NCBI GenBank assembly: GCA_014905635.1 | Contig: JABVCE010000010.1 | Span: 496,001-560,000, forward strand | Source: Scenedesmus sp. PABB004 | Lineage: Eukaryota | Length of the DNA stretch: 64,000 bases | Reading direction: 5' to 3' | Shown here: piece after piece, positions 33,065 through 44,643 of the stretch | Numbering within the stretch: position 1 is the first letter of the stretch | Layout: each line of letters begins with the position of its first letter | Notes under the pieces: model-generated | Database searches by the model: none | Told to the model about the DNA's origin: nothing | The model's input: only the letters and a program-made list of their open reading frames with translations | Translations under genes and position numbers: made by a program

Positions 33065-34667
33065 ATGCAGGCCCGCGCGCACGCCGCGCCGCGCGCGCGT
33101 CCGCAGCAGCAGCGGGCGCTGCTGCCGGTCGGCCGCCGCTGTCCATCTGCGGGCCGCCGGCTGATGGCGTCTGCTGGACCCAGCGACGTGTTCGTGCTTG
33201 ACTTCGACGGCGTGCTCGTCGACAGCGAGCCTGAGGCGCGAGCAGCGCGGGTCGCTCGCTCAAGCGGGCGGCGCCGCACCGCGCGACGGCGGCGGCGGCG
33301 CGGCCGCTCACCCTCCCCCCTCCCTCCGGCGGGGCGCAGGTGTCGGCGAGCGCGCTCGCGGCGGCGCGCGAGCGCTGGCCCGAGGCCTTTGCTGGCCTGG
33401 GCGAAGACGGCGCGGCGGCGGTGCGCGCGGGCCTGCGCGACACGCGTCCGGTGCTGGTCCGGGGGTATGAGAGTATGGTCATGGTGCGTGCCAGGGGCCT
33501 GAGCGCAGGCTGGCCGGGGGCCCGGCCCAGGGCCGGCGGCGGCGCGGGCCAGCGCGACCGCGCGCCCCGCGCGCCCGCCGCCCGGCCCGGCCGCGCCGAC
33601 GCGCAGGCGCGCCTGCTGCGAGAGGAGGGCGGCAGCCAGCGCTGCGTGGATGCGATCCTGGCTGACTGGCCGCCGCTGCTGGAGGCGACGCTGGCGCGCT
33701 GGGGCGAGGACTGGCAGGCGCTGCAGGCCGCGTTTGAGGCGCACCGAGCCGCCTGGCTCGCCTCGGACCGCGCCGGCTGGCTGCAACGCAACCAGCCCTA
33801 CCCGGGTGCGGGAGCGGCGCGCAGCGCCCGCGGCAGCGCCAGGGGGGAGCGCGCCGGCCGCCGCGCCGCGCTGCACGATGCCGCGTGGCGCCCCGCAGGA
33901 ATGGTGGATGCGCTGAGCACCTGCGATTATCCTCTCTACTTTGCGAGCAGCAAGGCCGCGCACCGCGTGGCAACGCTCTTGGCCGCCCATTTTGGCCTGG
34001 CCGACGTCACGCCCGACTCGCCGCGCCTCTTCGCGTCGCTGCTGCCGCCGGAGGAGCAAAAGGCGGCGGCGCTGCGGTGCGCGCGGGGGTGCGCGGGCGC
34101 GCTTGCGGCGGCGCAGCTGGCCGGGCGGGCAGTGCGTCCCGGGCCCGACGCCAGCAGCCCCCCCCCACCCTCACATGCGCGCGCGCGCGCCGATGCCGCA
34201 GGACCATCGGCGCGCGGCCGGTGTGCGCGGGCGGCGCGCGCAAGCACTTTGTGGACGACCGGCTCGACACGCTGCGCGCGGTCCAGCGCGCGGGCGGGCT
34301 GGACGACTGGCAGCTCTACCTCGCAGACTGGTGCGCAACGCCGCAGGCCGCGCGGCAGCTGCAGCTGGCCGGTCGCCGCACGGCAGCTGCAGCTGGCCGG
34401 TCGCCGCAGGGCGGCGCGCGGCCCGCCGCGACCGGCCGCGCTCTGGGCCGCCCGCGTCGCTGCGCCCGGCGGCGCCACGGCCGCCGCCGCCCGGCGCGCA
34501 GGGGCTACAACACGGCGGCCGAGCGCGCTGCGGCCGCGGCGGCGCCGGGCATCCGCCTGCTGTCGCGGCCGGCCTTCCTCGAGCTGCTCAAGTGGGGCGT
34601 CGTGATGGGCGTCGACGACGGCTGCGAGCCCACGCCCGAGGAGGTGGCGGCGGGCGTGGACGGCTGA
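33065..34667 (+). CDS. HAD-superfamily hydrolase, probably plastid-targeted, 6 exons
   Basis: Motif I VLDFDGVLVDS, RPVLVRGYE, FASSK, HFVDDRLDTL and LYLADWGYNT. Confidence 0.88.
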
Positions 34668-34668
34668 C

Positions 34669-34702
34669 CGAGCTGAGCTGAGCTGAGCTGAGCTGAGCTG
34701 AG
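34669..34702. repeat. (GAGCT)n microsatellite immediately after the HAD stop codon
   Basis: gagctgagctgagctg..., about 6.5 copies. Confidence 0.85.
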
Positions 34703-35016
34703 CCCCCACGCACACACACACACCCACCCACGCCCGACGAGGCGAGGTGGCGCCACCTGTCGTCGGCCCCGGCGGAGCAGCGCGCGCCCGGTGACGAGCG
34801 CGCAGCTGCGGCCGCAGCCGGGGGAACCGATCTGCGATGCCGGTGCGATGTCGGGCGGCGGCTCCGCTGCGTCGTCCGCCTGCAACCCGCGATCTTCTGC
34901 CGGGTAAAATTCTGCTCGCCTTCCGCCCGCCCGCTCCGGCGCGTTGCCTCCGCCGCTCCCGGTCTCACGAGACTCTTCGACATCGCACGCACGCTCCGGA
35001 GCAGGCGACCTGCCAG

Positions 35017-37248
35017 ATGGCGTCCCCGCGGAGCGCCACCGCGGCGGCGGCGCTGCTCGGCGTCGTCGCCCTAGCAGGGCTCGCGGCGGTCGCTGAAGGG
35101 CAGAGCCCGGACCCCTTTTGCTCCGGCTCCGCGCTCGTGCCCACGCCGATCCTGTTCAGCGCGGCGCGGCGGGGCGGGGCGCTGCCGCAGCCGCTGGCCG
35201 CGGCGCCGCGCGCGGCCGATGGCACGCTCGATGCCAAGCTGCCCAGCCGCACGCTGGTGCGCGAGGGCGGGACCTACTCATGGTTATACCAGCAGATCAT
35301 CAACCTGCTGGGCTGGGCGCCCTGCCCGCTGGCAGACACGACCAAGGGTGCGTGCGCCGCCCGCGCACGTGCGCACCCGCGGCCCGCGCGCGGCTCGCGA
35401 CCCCCGCCGCCCACGCGCGCGCGCGCAGGCACGCCGTTCCCCACGCCCGCGGGCTGGCTGCTGCTGGGCGTGCTCAACTCGACCGCCACGTTTGCCGGCG
35501 CGGAGCGAGGCATACCCATCGCATCGATCCTGGCTCCCATGGTGCCCATGCCCCCTGCTCCCGACACCCCGGGCGGCGCCGCGGGGTTGCTGGTCGTGGC
35601 GGTGCGCGGCACGGCGTTTGCCGGCGAGAGCGCGATCAGTGAGTGCAATTGGGGCGCCACCAGGCGGGGCAGGCCGGCCGCGGCGAGGCGCGGGCGGGCG
35701 GGTGCCGCCCCGCGTGGGCGCGGCCCCGCCGCGCGCGCGGCCCGCGCGCGCGCGCGCGGCGCGTGCCCCAGGCTCACGCCCCGCCCCGCCCCGCCCCGCC
35801 GCCGCCGCCCGCCGCCGGCCGCGCGGCGCCGCGCGCGCCCCAGACTCTGACTACGTCCAGGTCGAGGACGCGGCGTACGGCCCCGGCCGCATCCACCAAG
35901 GCTACCGCGGCGTCGCGGAGCAGGCGCGCCGCCGCCCCCGCCCCCATCTCCCCCCATCCCCCCGCCTGGCGGCGCCTCGCGCGCGCGCACATGCGCGGCG
36001 AGGGCCGGGCTGGCGGCAGACGCACGCGGGCGCGCGGCCGGGCTGGCAGCCGCGCGCGCGCCACGCTGCCGCCGCCGCCGCCGCCGCCGCAGCTGTGGCC
36101 GGGCGTGAAGGCGGCGCTGGACGCGCTGGTCGTGGCCGGGCGCACCGACAACATCAAGCGCGTGATGTTTGCCGGGCACAGCCTCGGCGGCGCGGTCGCC
36201 ACGCTGCTCGCGGCTCGCGCACAGGTGCGGCGCGGCGCGGCGCGGCGCGGCGCCGCCTGCCCCCTCGCTCGCCGCGCCGCCCGACGCGCCGCCCGACGCG
36301 CCTCCCCCGCCGCCCCTCCCTCGCCGCAGCGCTACCTGGGCACCGCCTGCAAGCCAGCGGGCGCGTGCAAGTACTTTGCCGACAGGCGCAGCCCGACCGT
36401 GTCCCTGGTCGGCATCGGCGCAACCAACGCCGGCGACGCCGCGTTTGCGACGGACCTGGGCCGCCGCGTCAACGCGCGCATGGTCGACTTTGCCGGCGAC
36501 CGCGTGCCCCAGGCGCGGCGCGGCGACGGCGTTGCGCGGCGCGGGGCGGCGCGGCGCCCGTGCACGCGCCAGCCGCGGCGCGTCGCCGGAGCGGCGGAGC
36601 GCGGCCGTCGCCTGCCCCTGCCCGCGTGCCCACGCTCCCCCCCCCCCTCCCCACACATACACGCGCACCCGCGCAGTTCCTGCTCACGCGCTTTCCCCTC
36701 GACGTGGCGCCGCCGGCCGCGCCCGTGACGTACGCGCGCGTCGGCGGCGTCGTCGCGTTCGCGCCGCCCGACATGCCCGCCCAGCCCGACGCGTGGGCGG
36801 CGCTGACCGCGCCCGCCGGCGAGGCGGAGTTTGTGGCCTGGGGCGCCGCGGAGAAGGTGACAATAAAGAGCCCCCCCTTGCCGCAGCAGCGCGGCCAGGT
36901 GTTCACCGCCGGCTCCCACGTCTGCGCCTACATGTGCAAGCTCTCGGCCAGCGTCAAGGCGCGCGCGCGCGCGCGCGATATCGATGCGCCCGCCCGCCGC
37001 GAGGCCCCCAGGGCGAGGGCGCCGCGCGCGCCGCGCGCCGCGCGGCGCCGACACGGCGCGCCGCCGCCGCCGCCCCGGCCCTGCCCCCTCCCCGCCGCGC
37101 GCAGAGAATGACCAACGACTGGTGCCTGCTGCGCGACGCGGCGGCGGCGGCGCTGGCCAACCACACATACTGCGGCGGATTCCCTCCCTACGCCATTGCC
37201 CAGGTCTTTCCCGCCAAGCTCACCGCCACCGGCACGCCGTACCCCTAG
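35017..37248 (+). CDS. secreted class-3 (fungal-type) lipase, about 7 exons
   Basis: Signal peptide; VVAVRGT; IHQGY; VMFAGHSLGGAVATL; NAGDAAFA; GDRVPQ; SHVCAY. Confidence 0.88.
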
Positions 37249-37848
37249 GTCTGCCGGGGCGCGCACCTCTGGTCGTTCCTCTGTCGTTTCGCCCCACCCC
37301 TCCTCCTCCTCTCCGATGGGCCGCAGCACTTGAACTCGCGGCGTTGGCCGGTCACCTCCTCCTCCAGCATCATCAGCCACCGGTGCGCCGTCTGATCATA
37401 AACGCGCGCATTTTTTGTGGCGTCACCGCGCGGCCGGCGGTGACGCAGCGCGGCGGCGGCAGCGCAGCGCGGCCGCTGGCGCGTGCGCATGGCGCGTCCT
37501 AGTAGTAGAGAATGCCGTGGAGCAGACCCGTGATGCCTGTGCGCAGGCGGCGGGCAACTCCGAGAGAACGGTACCGTGGTGCGCCGTCCTGGCGCCGCCC
37601 CTGCTCGATCGCGGCGTGCCCATGAAGCCGAAAATAGTGGATTCCCGGCGAGGCCTGCGCTCGCGCCGGGGAGACGGCCCGGCGCGATGGAGTCAGCTGG
37701 CCGTGAACTCTGCGCCCGCGCGGCGCGCCTGGCCGTCCGATCGCTGCCTCCCGCCGGCCATAAGCCCAACAGCTTTGCGCCCATTCAAAGGCGCCGCCCA
37801 GGCACCCCCGGCAAGCTCCCACACCGCCACCACCGCAGCAGCAGCAGG

Positions 37849-38986
37849 ATGCGCGCCCTGAAGGCCGCAGCGCTCGCGCTGCTCCTCGGCGTCGCCTGCG
37901 TGGCGGCCCAGGGCAACAGCGCGAACGCGCCGGGCCACAACAAGCCCGCGGCCGCGCCCGGCTTCGGCGGCAGCGGCTCCTCCGGCGGCAGCTTCGGCGG
38001 CAGCGGCTCGTCCGGCGGCTCCGGCGGCAGCTTCGGCGGCAGCGGCTCCTCCGGCGGCTCCGGCGGCAGCTTCGGCGGCAGCGGCTCCTCCGGCGGCTCC
38101 GGCGGCAGCTTCGGCGGCTCCGGCAGCTCCGGCTCCACGCTCAAGGCGCTGCAGGTGGGTGCCGCTGGCGCCGCGGCGGGTGACGCCCTCGCGCCCGCTC
38201 GCGCCCTCGCGGCCGCTTGCTCGCGCCCGCTCACGCCGTCACCCCTGCTGCCGCCGCGCCGTGCGCCGCGCGCAGATGTGCAACATCATGACGCCGAAGC
38301 AGGGCGTGGTCTTCTCCGCCGACGGCGACATCCCCTGCAATGGCGCGGCGGCCTGCCGCGTGTGCGGGGCGAGCATCGCCGACGTGCGCGCCGCGTGCGC
38401 GCGCACGTCGCGCTGCGTCGGCTGGACCTGGCAGCCGTCGGCGCGCTGCGGCGTGCTCAAGGCCCACACCAGCCTCGACAAGCCCCTCCTGCCCCAGCGC
38501 GACTACGTCAGCTATGCGGCCGGGAACTACTTCACCGGCACCGGCACCGGCGGCGCCCAGAACGTCGGCACCGCGTCCGTCGAGCAGGCGCGCCCGCCCG
38601 CCCGCGCGCCGCGCCCCGCGCGCCGCGCCCCGCGCTGCGCGTTTTTCCCCCCGCCGCGGCCGCGGCGCGCGCCGCACACGCCCTCTCCCCCGGCGCCGCA
38701 CACGCCCCGGCGCCGCACACGCACCCGCCGCGTTGTCGCCGCCGTCGCGCAGATGTGCGTGACGCTGACGCCCATCCTCGACCGCATCGCGATCGGCAAG
38801 GACCTGCGCTGCGGCGGCGCGGAGAACTGCATGGTCTGCGGCGGCCCCGAGGCGGTGCGCGACGCGTGCGCCAACCGCGCCGCGTGCATCGGCTTCTCCT
38901 ACGACACTGCCACGCGCTGCGGGTACCTGAAGAAGGACGTCAGCAACGCGCAGACGCGCGCCGGGTGGGCGATCTTCGCGCGCTGA
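37849..38986 (+). CDS. secreted protein with Gly/Ser repeat and two PAN/Apple-like domains, 3 exons
   Basis: Signal peptide, then two modules, RAACARTSRCVGWTW..RCGVLK and RDACANRAACIGFSY..RCGYLK. Confidence 0.8.
37960..38135 (+). repeat. 39-bp coding repeat (SGGSFGGSGSSGG, about 4-5 copies)
   Basis: Repeated ggcggcagcttcggcggcagcggctcctccggcggctcc. Confidence 0.9.
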
Positions 38987-39299
38987 GCCCCGGCGCCGGG
39001 CGCACGCGCGGGCCCTGCGGGGGCGGCGGCGGCGGCCGCCGCTGGCGCGGCGCGCAGCGCGCGGCCGGCGCGGCGGCGCCGCATCGCACGCGATCACGAC
39101 TCGCACGTGGCAGCTCTGTTCAGCCGCGCAGCGGCGGCACTTGCAGGGGCGCTTGCGCCCGGTTGCATCGAGCAGGAGCAGGAGCGGCAGCAGCACGCCT
39201 CGACCATCAATGAATAGGAGAGCTGGCGCTGGGGCAGCGGCGGCAGCCAGGTTTTGAACGCACCAGTACTAGTGGAGTGCTGGGGGCCTCGTTTTGTTG

Positions 39300-39304
39300 T
39301 TACA
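39300..39304 (-). promoter_or_regulatory. TGTAA polyadenylation signal for PI31
   Basis: The established chlorophyte UGUAA signal lies about 70 nt downstream of the stop at 39375. Confidence 0.55.
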
Positions 39305-39374
39305 AACGCAACGCAACCCGCGCCGCGCCCTGACCACAACGCAACGCGCCGACGCGCTGCGGCGCGCCGCGGCC

Positions 39375-40938
39375 TCAGCCAAACATGCTGTCCCAGTCGG
39401 GGCCGCGCCCCGGGCCGGGCGGGGCGAGGTCAGGGTGCATGCCGTCCGGCCCGCCCGGGCCAAAGCCGCCGCCGCCGCCGCCGCGCCCCGGGCCAAAGCC
39501 GCCGCGCCCCGGCCGCGGACGCTGGAAATCGTCAGGCCGCCAGCCCTCCAGGCCCTCTGGGTCTGCCGGGGGAGCGCGAGCAGCGCGGAAGGGCGCGGGC
39601 GCGGCGGCGGCGGCGGCGGTGAGCAGGCCCACGCAGCGCAGGCCCCGGGTCGCGTGCGGCGCGGGCGGCCGGGGCGCCGGCCGCGGCGGTCGCCGCTGCG
39701 CGCCGCGCCACACACTGATGGGGTCCCAACGCGCGCCACCGGGGCCGCCGGGCAGGCCGCCGCCGCCGCCGCCGGGCATCAGGTCTGGGTGCCGCATCCT
39801 GCGGACAGGGCGCGGCGCCACGCCGCGTGTGGCCCGGCGCGGCGCCGCCGCTGCGCTCGGCGGGGGCGCCGCCCGCACGCGCGCGCCGCCCGCACGCGCG
39901 CGCCGCGCCCGCGCCCGCCCCACCTGTCGGCAAAGAAGGGGTGCCCCGGCCCCACGTGCATGCCGCCGCCGCCGACGGGGCCGCGCATTCCCCCCGGCGG
40001 CAGCACGCCGCCGCCGCCGCCGAGCATAGGCATGATGTCATCCTGCCCTGCACCCGCAGCGGCGGGCGGGCAGGGCCGCAGGTCAGGTCAGCGCTGGGCC
40101 GCGGCGCCGGCGCCGTGCAGCCGCGCAGCGCGCGCTGCACGCACCCACGCGCAGCGGCCGCCGCGGCGGGCCGATTCGCAGCGGGTCGTCGCCGTCGCCA
40201 CCGCCGGCGGCGCCGCGCTCGGGCTGCCGCTGCTGCTGCTGCGGCTCCGGCGCCGCGCCGCAGCCGGCCGCCTCCAGCCGCTGCTTCTTCTGCCCAGCGG
40301 CGCCGCCGCCGCCGCCGGCGCCGCCGCCGCCGCCGAGCCCCGCGAGCGCGCCGCCACGGCGGCCGCGAGCCGGTCCATGTTCCGCAGGTCCCCCGCCCGC
40401 GGCGCGCCGCCGCTGCCACTGGGGGCGGCCACGAACTCGTCCAGCGCCAGCTCCAGCACCGCCGGCGGCGCGGCGGGCGCGTCGCCCGTGAGCGTGGCGA
40501 GCAGCGCGTCGCCGCCGAGCGACAGCACCTTGAGCAGCAGCGCCGCCGGACGCGCCACCGCGCCGCCGCCGGGCGCAGCCGCGGCGTCGGCGACGTACCC
40601 GAACGCGTACTGCTCCGCGCTGGCGTCCCACCCCGCCACCGGCGCGTCGGGCGCGTCCGCGGACAGGCCTGCGCGCTCGGCGCGGGGCACGGCGCGGCGC
40701 GTGGGCCGCTGCCGGCCGCTGCTGCTGCCCGGGGCGCGCCGCGCCCGCCGCGCCCGCCGCGCCCGCCGCGCGCCGCGGGCGCACCTTCGAGCGTCGCGTC
40801 CTCACCCACCGCGACCAGGCGGTAGCCGCTGCTCAGCACGGCGGCGTGCAGCGCAAACGCGAGCGCGTCGGCGCGCGAGCGCAGCGCCGGCGCCGCCGCG
40901 CGCACGACCGCCAGCAGCGCCGCGGCGCCGCCGCTCAT
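39375..40938 (-). CDS. PSMF1: proteasome inhibitor PI31, 5 exons
   Basis: FP domain [31 protein letters not shown], followed by a Pro-rich tail with [20 protein letters not shown] and terminal DSMFG*. Confidence 0.88.
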
Positions 40939-41355
40939 GTCTCGCCCTCCACGCCCCGGGGCGACCGTGCCAGGCACGCGGACGGGCTGGCGCGCCCGCC
41001 TGGCGCTGGGCGCGCGGGGCTGGGCGACCAGGGCGCAGCGTAGCGCGCATGCGGGTGTCGAGCGCGCGCCGATCGGGCCGACGGAGCCGCTGTGGCCGGA
41101 GGAGACCGTGCGGGCGCGGCAGCGAGCGGAGCGGGCTTGTTAAAAACTTGGGACCTGGCTTCTGCTGTGCTGGCCGCGGCTGCTCAGTGCGGCGCCCGTT
41201 GGCAGGCCCCGGACACGACGCCACCGCCACCGCGCGCGCGCAGCTTGCGCCGCCCCCCAGGCGCTGCGGCCACCAGACAGCAGAGCAGCAGTGCCAGGCT
41301 CTCTCCGCGGCCCCAGGCCACCCCGCGGCCCGCGCCGCGGCGACTGCTCGTCACC

Positions 41356-41783
41356 ATGTCGACCGTCTACAACACCGAGCCGCCCACCAAGGGCAAGGTG
41401 CGGCGGGCGGCGCGCGGCGGGCGGCGGCGCTGCTGCTGCGGGTCGGTGGCCCGGCGGGCGTGGCGCGCGCCGCGCCGACCCCCGCGGCGCCCGCAGGTCA
41501 CGCTCAAGACCACCATCGGCGACCTGGACATCGAGCTGTGGCCCAAGGAGGCGCCCAAGGTGCGCGGCGGCGGCGGGGGCGCGGCCGCGCCCGCGATCGT
41601 GCGGCGCCGCGGAGCGGTGCGGCCGGCGCACCTCCCCACGCCGCGCGCGCGCCGCGGCGCCCCCAGGCGGTGCGCAACTTTGTGCAGCTCTGCCTGGAGG
41701 GCTACTATGACGGCTGCATCTTCCACCGCGTGATCAAAGACTTCATGGCCCAGGCGGGCGACCCCTCCGGCACGGGCGAGGGT

Positions 41784-41850
<67 letters not shown>

Positions 41851-44501
41851 TGCCGCTGCCGTCCGCGCCCGCGCCCTGCGCTCGACACGCCGCGTTGCGC
41901 CGCGCCGCGCCGCGCCGCGCCGGCCCCCAGGCGGGGAGTCCATCTACGGCGGCCCGTTCAAGGATGAGTTCCACAGCCGCCTGCGCTTTGCGCACCGCGG
42001 CCTCGTCGCGTGCGCCAACGCCAACGCGCCGCACACCAACGGCTCCCAGTTCTTCATCACACTCGACAAGTGAGCAGCAGCGGCGCACCCAGTGGCGGGC
42101 CGCGTGCACGCGCCCCGGCGGGCTGCGCTGCGCCGCCCGCGTCCACGCCGCCGCCCGCGCCGCCCGCGCCGCCGCCGCGCCACACAACAAGGACGGAGTG
42201 GCTCGACCGCAAGAACACCATCTTTGGCAAGATCGTCGGCGACACCGTGTACAACATGCTGCGACTCAACGAGCTCGAGGCGCGGCTGCGTGCGGCGCTG
42301 CGGGGCCCGCGGCGCCGCGCGCGCCAAGCGCGCCTGAGGCGCGCTTGGCGCGCCAGAGGGCCGCGCGCCGCCGCGGGCGCGCGCCGCCGACCGCCGCCGC
42401 GCGCGCGCGTGCGCGTGTGGGCGCAGGTCGATGAGGCGACCGACCGCCCGGCCGACCCTCCGGTCATAACGTCGGTGGAGGTGCTGTGGAACCCCTTTGA
42501 GGACATCGTGCCGCGCACCACGCCCGCGGAGCGCAAGGCGCAGGCGCAGTTCAAGTGCGGCCGCGGGCGCGCGCTCGGGCGCGCGGGGCGCGCCGCGCCG
42601 AGCGCCCGCCGCGCCGCGCCGCGCCGGCGCGCCGCCCCCGCAGGAAGGCGGAGGAGGTGCGCAAGGTGCGCAAGTCGCAGAAGCGCAACCTCGCGCTGCT
42701 GTCGTTCGGGGAGCAGGCGGAGGAGGATGAGGCCGACCTGGCGCGCGCGGCGGCCGCCACCGGCGGCGCCAAGATCCGGTGCGCGCGCCAGCAGCCAGCA
42801 GCAGCGCGCGCGCGGGGCCCCACGCGCGCGCGGGGCGGCCCCCGCGTGGCTGCCGGCCGGCGGCGCCGCGCCGGCGCCGAGGCTGCGCGCCGCGCGCTGC
42901 CCCGGCCGCGCGCCAGGTCGGCGCACGAGGTGCTGCGGGGTGACGCGAAGCTGCTGGCGCCGGAGGAGACGCGCCCGAGGTGCTGGCGGAGCGCGAGCGC
43001 CGCGCGGCGGCGGTGGCCAACGTGCAGAGCAAGCTGCAGGGCGCCGCGGCGGGCGGCAAGCGCGGCCGCGGCGACAGCAGCGGCAGCGACAGCGACAGCA
43101 GCGACGACGACGGCGAGCGCGGCGGCAAGCGCAGCAAGACCGCCGCCAACCGCAGCGGCGCCGCCGCGCTGGTGGCGGAGCGCGTGCGCGCGGCCACGGA
43201 GCGGGCGGAGAAGGCCGGCGGCGCGCGCGAGGCGCGCGAGGCCGAAGCAGCGGCGGCGGCGGCGGCCGCGGCCGCGCCGAGGGCGGCAAGGCCAAGCAGC
43301 GCGCGCGCAGCCGCAGCCGCAGCCGCAGCAGGAGCGGGAGCAGAGGCCGCGGCGGCGCGGCGGCGCAGGCGGCGGCGGCGGCGGCGACGAGCAGCAGCAG
43401 AAGCCTGGCAGCAAGGAGGATGAGCTGTATCAGCTCAAGGATAAGTCGGGCGCCGGCAGGTGGGCCCCCACGGCCGCGCGTGGCAGCGCGCGGCAGCAGC
43501 CCGCATGCTGGCGACCGCCCCGCGCCCACCACGCGCGCCCGTGTCCGCCGCCGCCCGCCGCGCCGCCAGGCTCCGCGTGGACGGCAGCGTCCCGGACGGC
43601 GAGCTGCTGAAGGCCTTTGAGCTGAGCCGGGCCAAGTACAAGACGCGCAAGCAGCAGGCGCGGCCGCGGCGGCGCCCGCGCGCCGCGCGCCGCGCCCGGG
43701 CCGCCCGCGCCGGCGCGCCGACGCCGCCGCGGGCCGCGCGCCGCCGCGCCGCGCGCCGCCGCGCCGCAGGTCGGCGGGCGGCAGAAGGACACGCTGTCCC
43801 GCCTCGCCGCCTTCACCAGCAAGCTGCGCGCGAGCCAGCAGGAGCAGCAGCATCAGCAGAGGCAGAGGCAGCAGCAGCAGCACGAGCAGGACGCGGCGGC
43901 GGCGGCGGCAGACGCCGGGGCGGACGCGGCCAAGCAGCAGGGCGCCGCGGCCGCCGCCGCCGCCGCCGACGGCGAGCAGGAGGCATACGACGGCAAGGTG
44001 CGCCGGCGGCCTCCTGAGCGCGCCGCACCGCCCACCCGCCCGCCGCTCACGCACGGGGCCCGCGCGTCGCGGCGCGCGCCGCCGCCGGCGCCGCACCCAG
44101 GTGCGGCGCGACATCGACCACCGCACCTACATGCCCGCCGCGTGGCGCGCCGACGACTACCTGGCGGGCGGCAGCGACGACGACGACGACCTCGACAGCC
44201 TGCGCAAGCACAAGTGCGGCGCGCCGCGCGCCGCCGCGGGGGCGCCGCGGGGCGCGCGCGGCCGTGCCGCCGCCGCCGCCCACGCGCGCCCGTCCGCCGC
44301 CGCCGCCCCCCCCCCCCCCCCCGCCGCCGCCGCGCAGGCTGGAGTTCAGCCGCGCGCCCGGCGACGCGATGGCGCGGCGGGACGAACTGGACGACTATGT
44401 CGTGTTTGACCCGCTGCTGGAGGAGAAGAAGGGCAAGTTCAGCCGCGCGGCGCAAAAGGAGAAGAAAGACGACCGGCTGGGCGGGCCGCGCGCACGGCTG
44501 A
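41356..44501 (+). CDS. CWC27: spliceosomal cyclophilin CWC27/CYP57, 12 exons
   Basis: [76 protein letters not shown] and DDYVVFDPL. Frameshifts near 42975 and 44466. Confidence 0.93.
41784..41850. repeat. (GCG)n intronic trinucleotide repeat
   Basis: About 22 copies directly after a splice donor. Confidence 0.85.
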
Positions 44502-44575
44502 GCGGCGGGCGGCGGGCTGCCGCGCGCGGCGCTGGCCGGCCGCAGCGCTGGCGGACTGAGCGCGGCGCTGCTGCG

Positions 44576-44580
44576 TGTAA
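44576..44580 (+). promoter_or_regulatory. TGTAA polyadenylation signal for CWC27
   Basis: It lies 75 nt after the inferred stop at 44501. Confidence 0.55.
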
Positions 44581-44643
44581 GCCAGCGAGCGGCGGAGCCG
44601 CGAGTTGCACGTCCCGCCGCCGCCGCGCGCGCGCGCCATCCGC

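Noticed and set aside
34669..34702. (GAGCT)n as an immunoglobulin switch-like element
   Set aside because: It is a short 3'UTR microsatellite in an alga, so the resemblance is coincidental.
31592..37248. Patatin + HAD + lipase as a lipid-metabolism cluster
   Set aside because: The predicted localisations differ and there is no evidence beyond adjacency.
37960..38135. 39-bp and 48-bp (4990-5200) repeats as CRISPR-like arrays
   Set aside because: They have no unique spacers and are in-frame coding repeats.
39294..42434. Very long ORFs in the track (e.g. 39294-42434, 7720-10218, 59689-62460, 48886-51939) as single genes or overlapping antisense genes
   Set aside because: Stop codons are rare at this GC level. 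The translations are Arg/Ala/Pro/Gly noise that cross introns or lie antisense to real genes.
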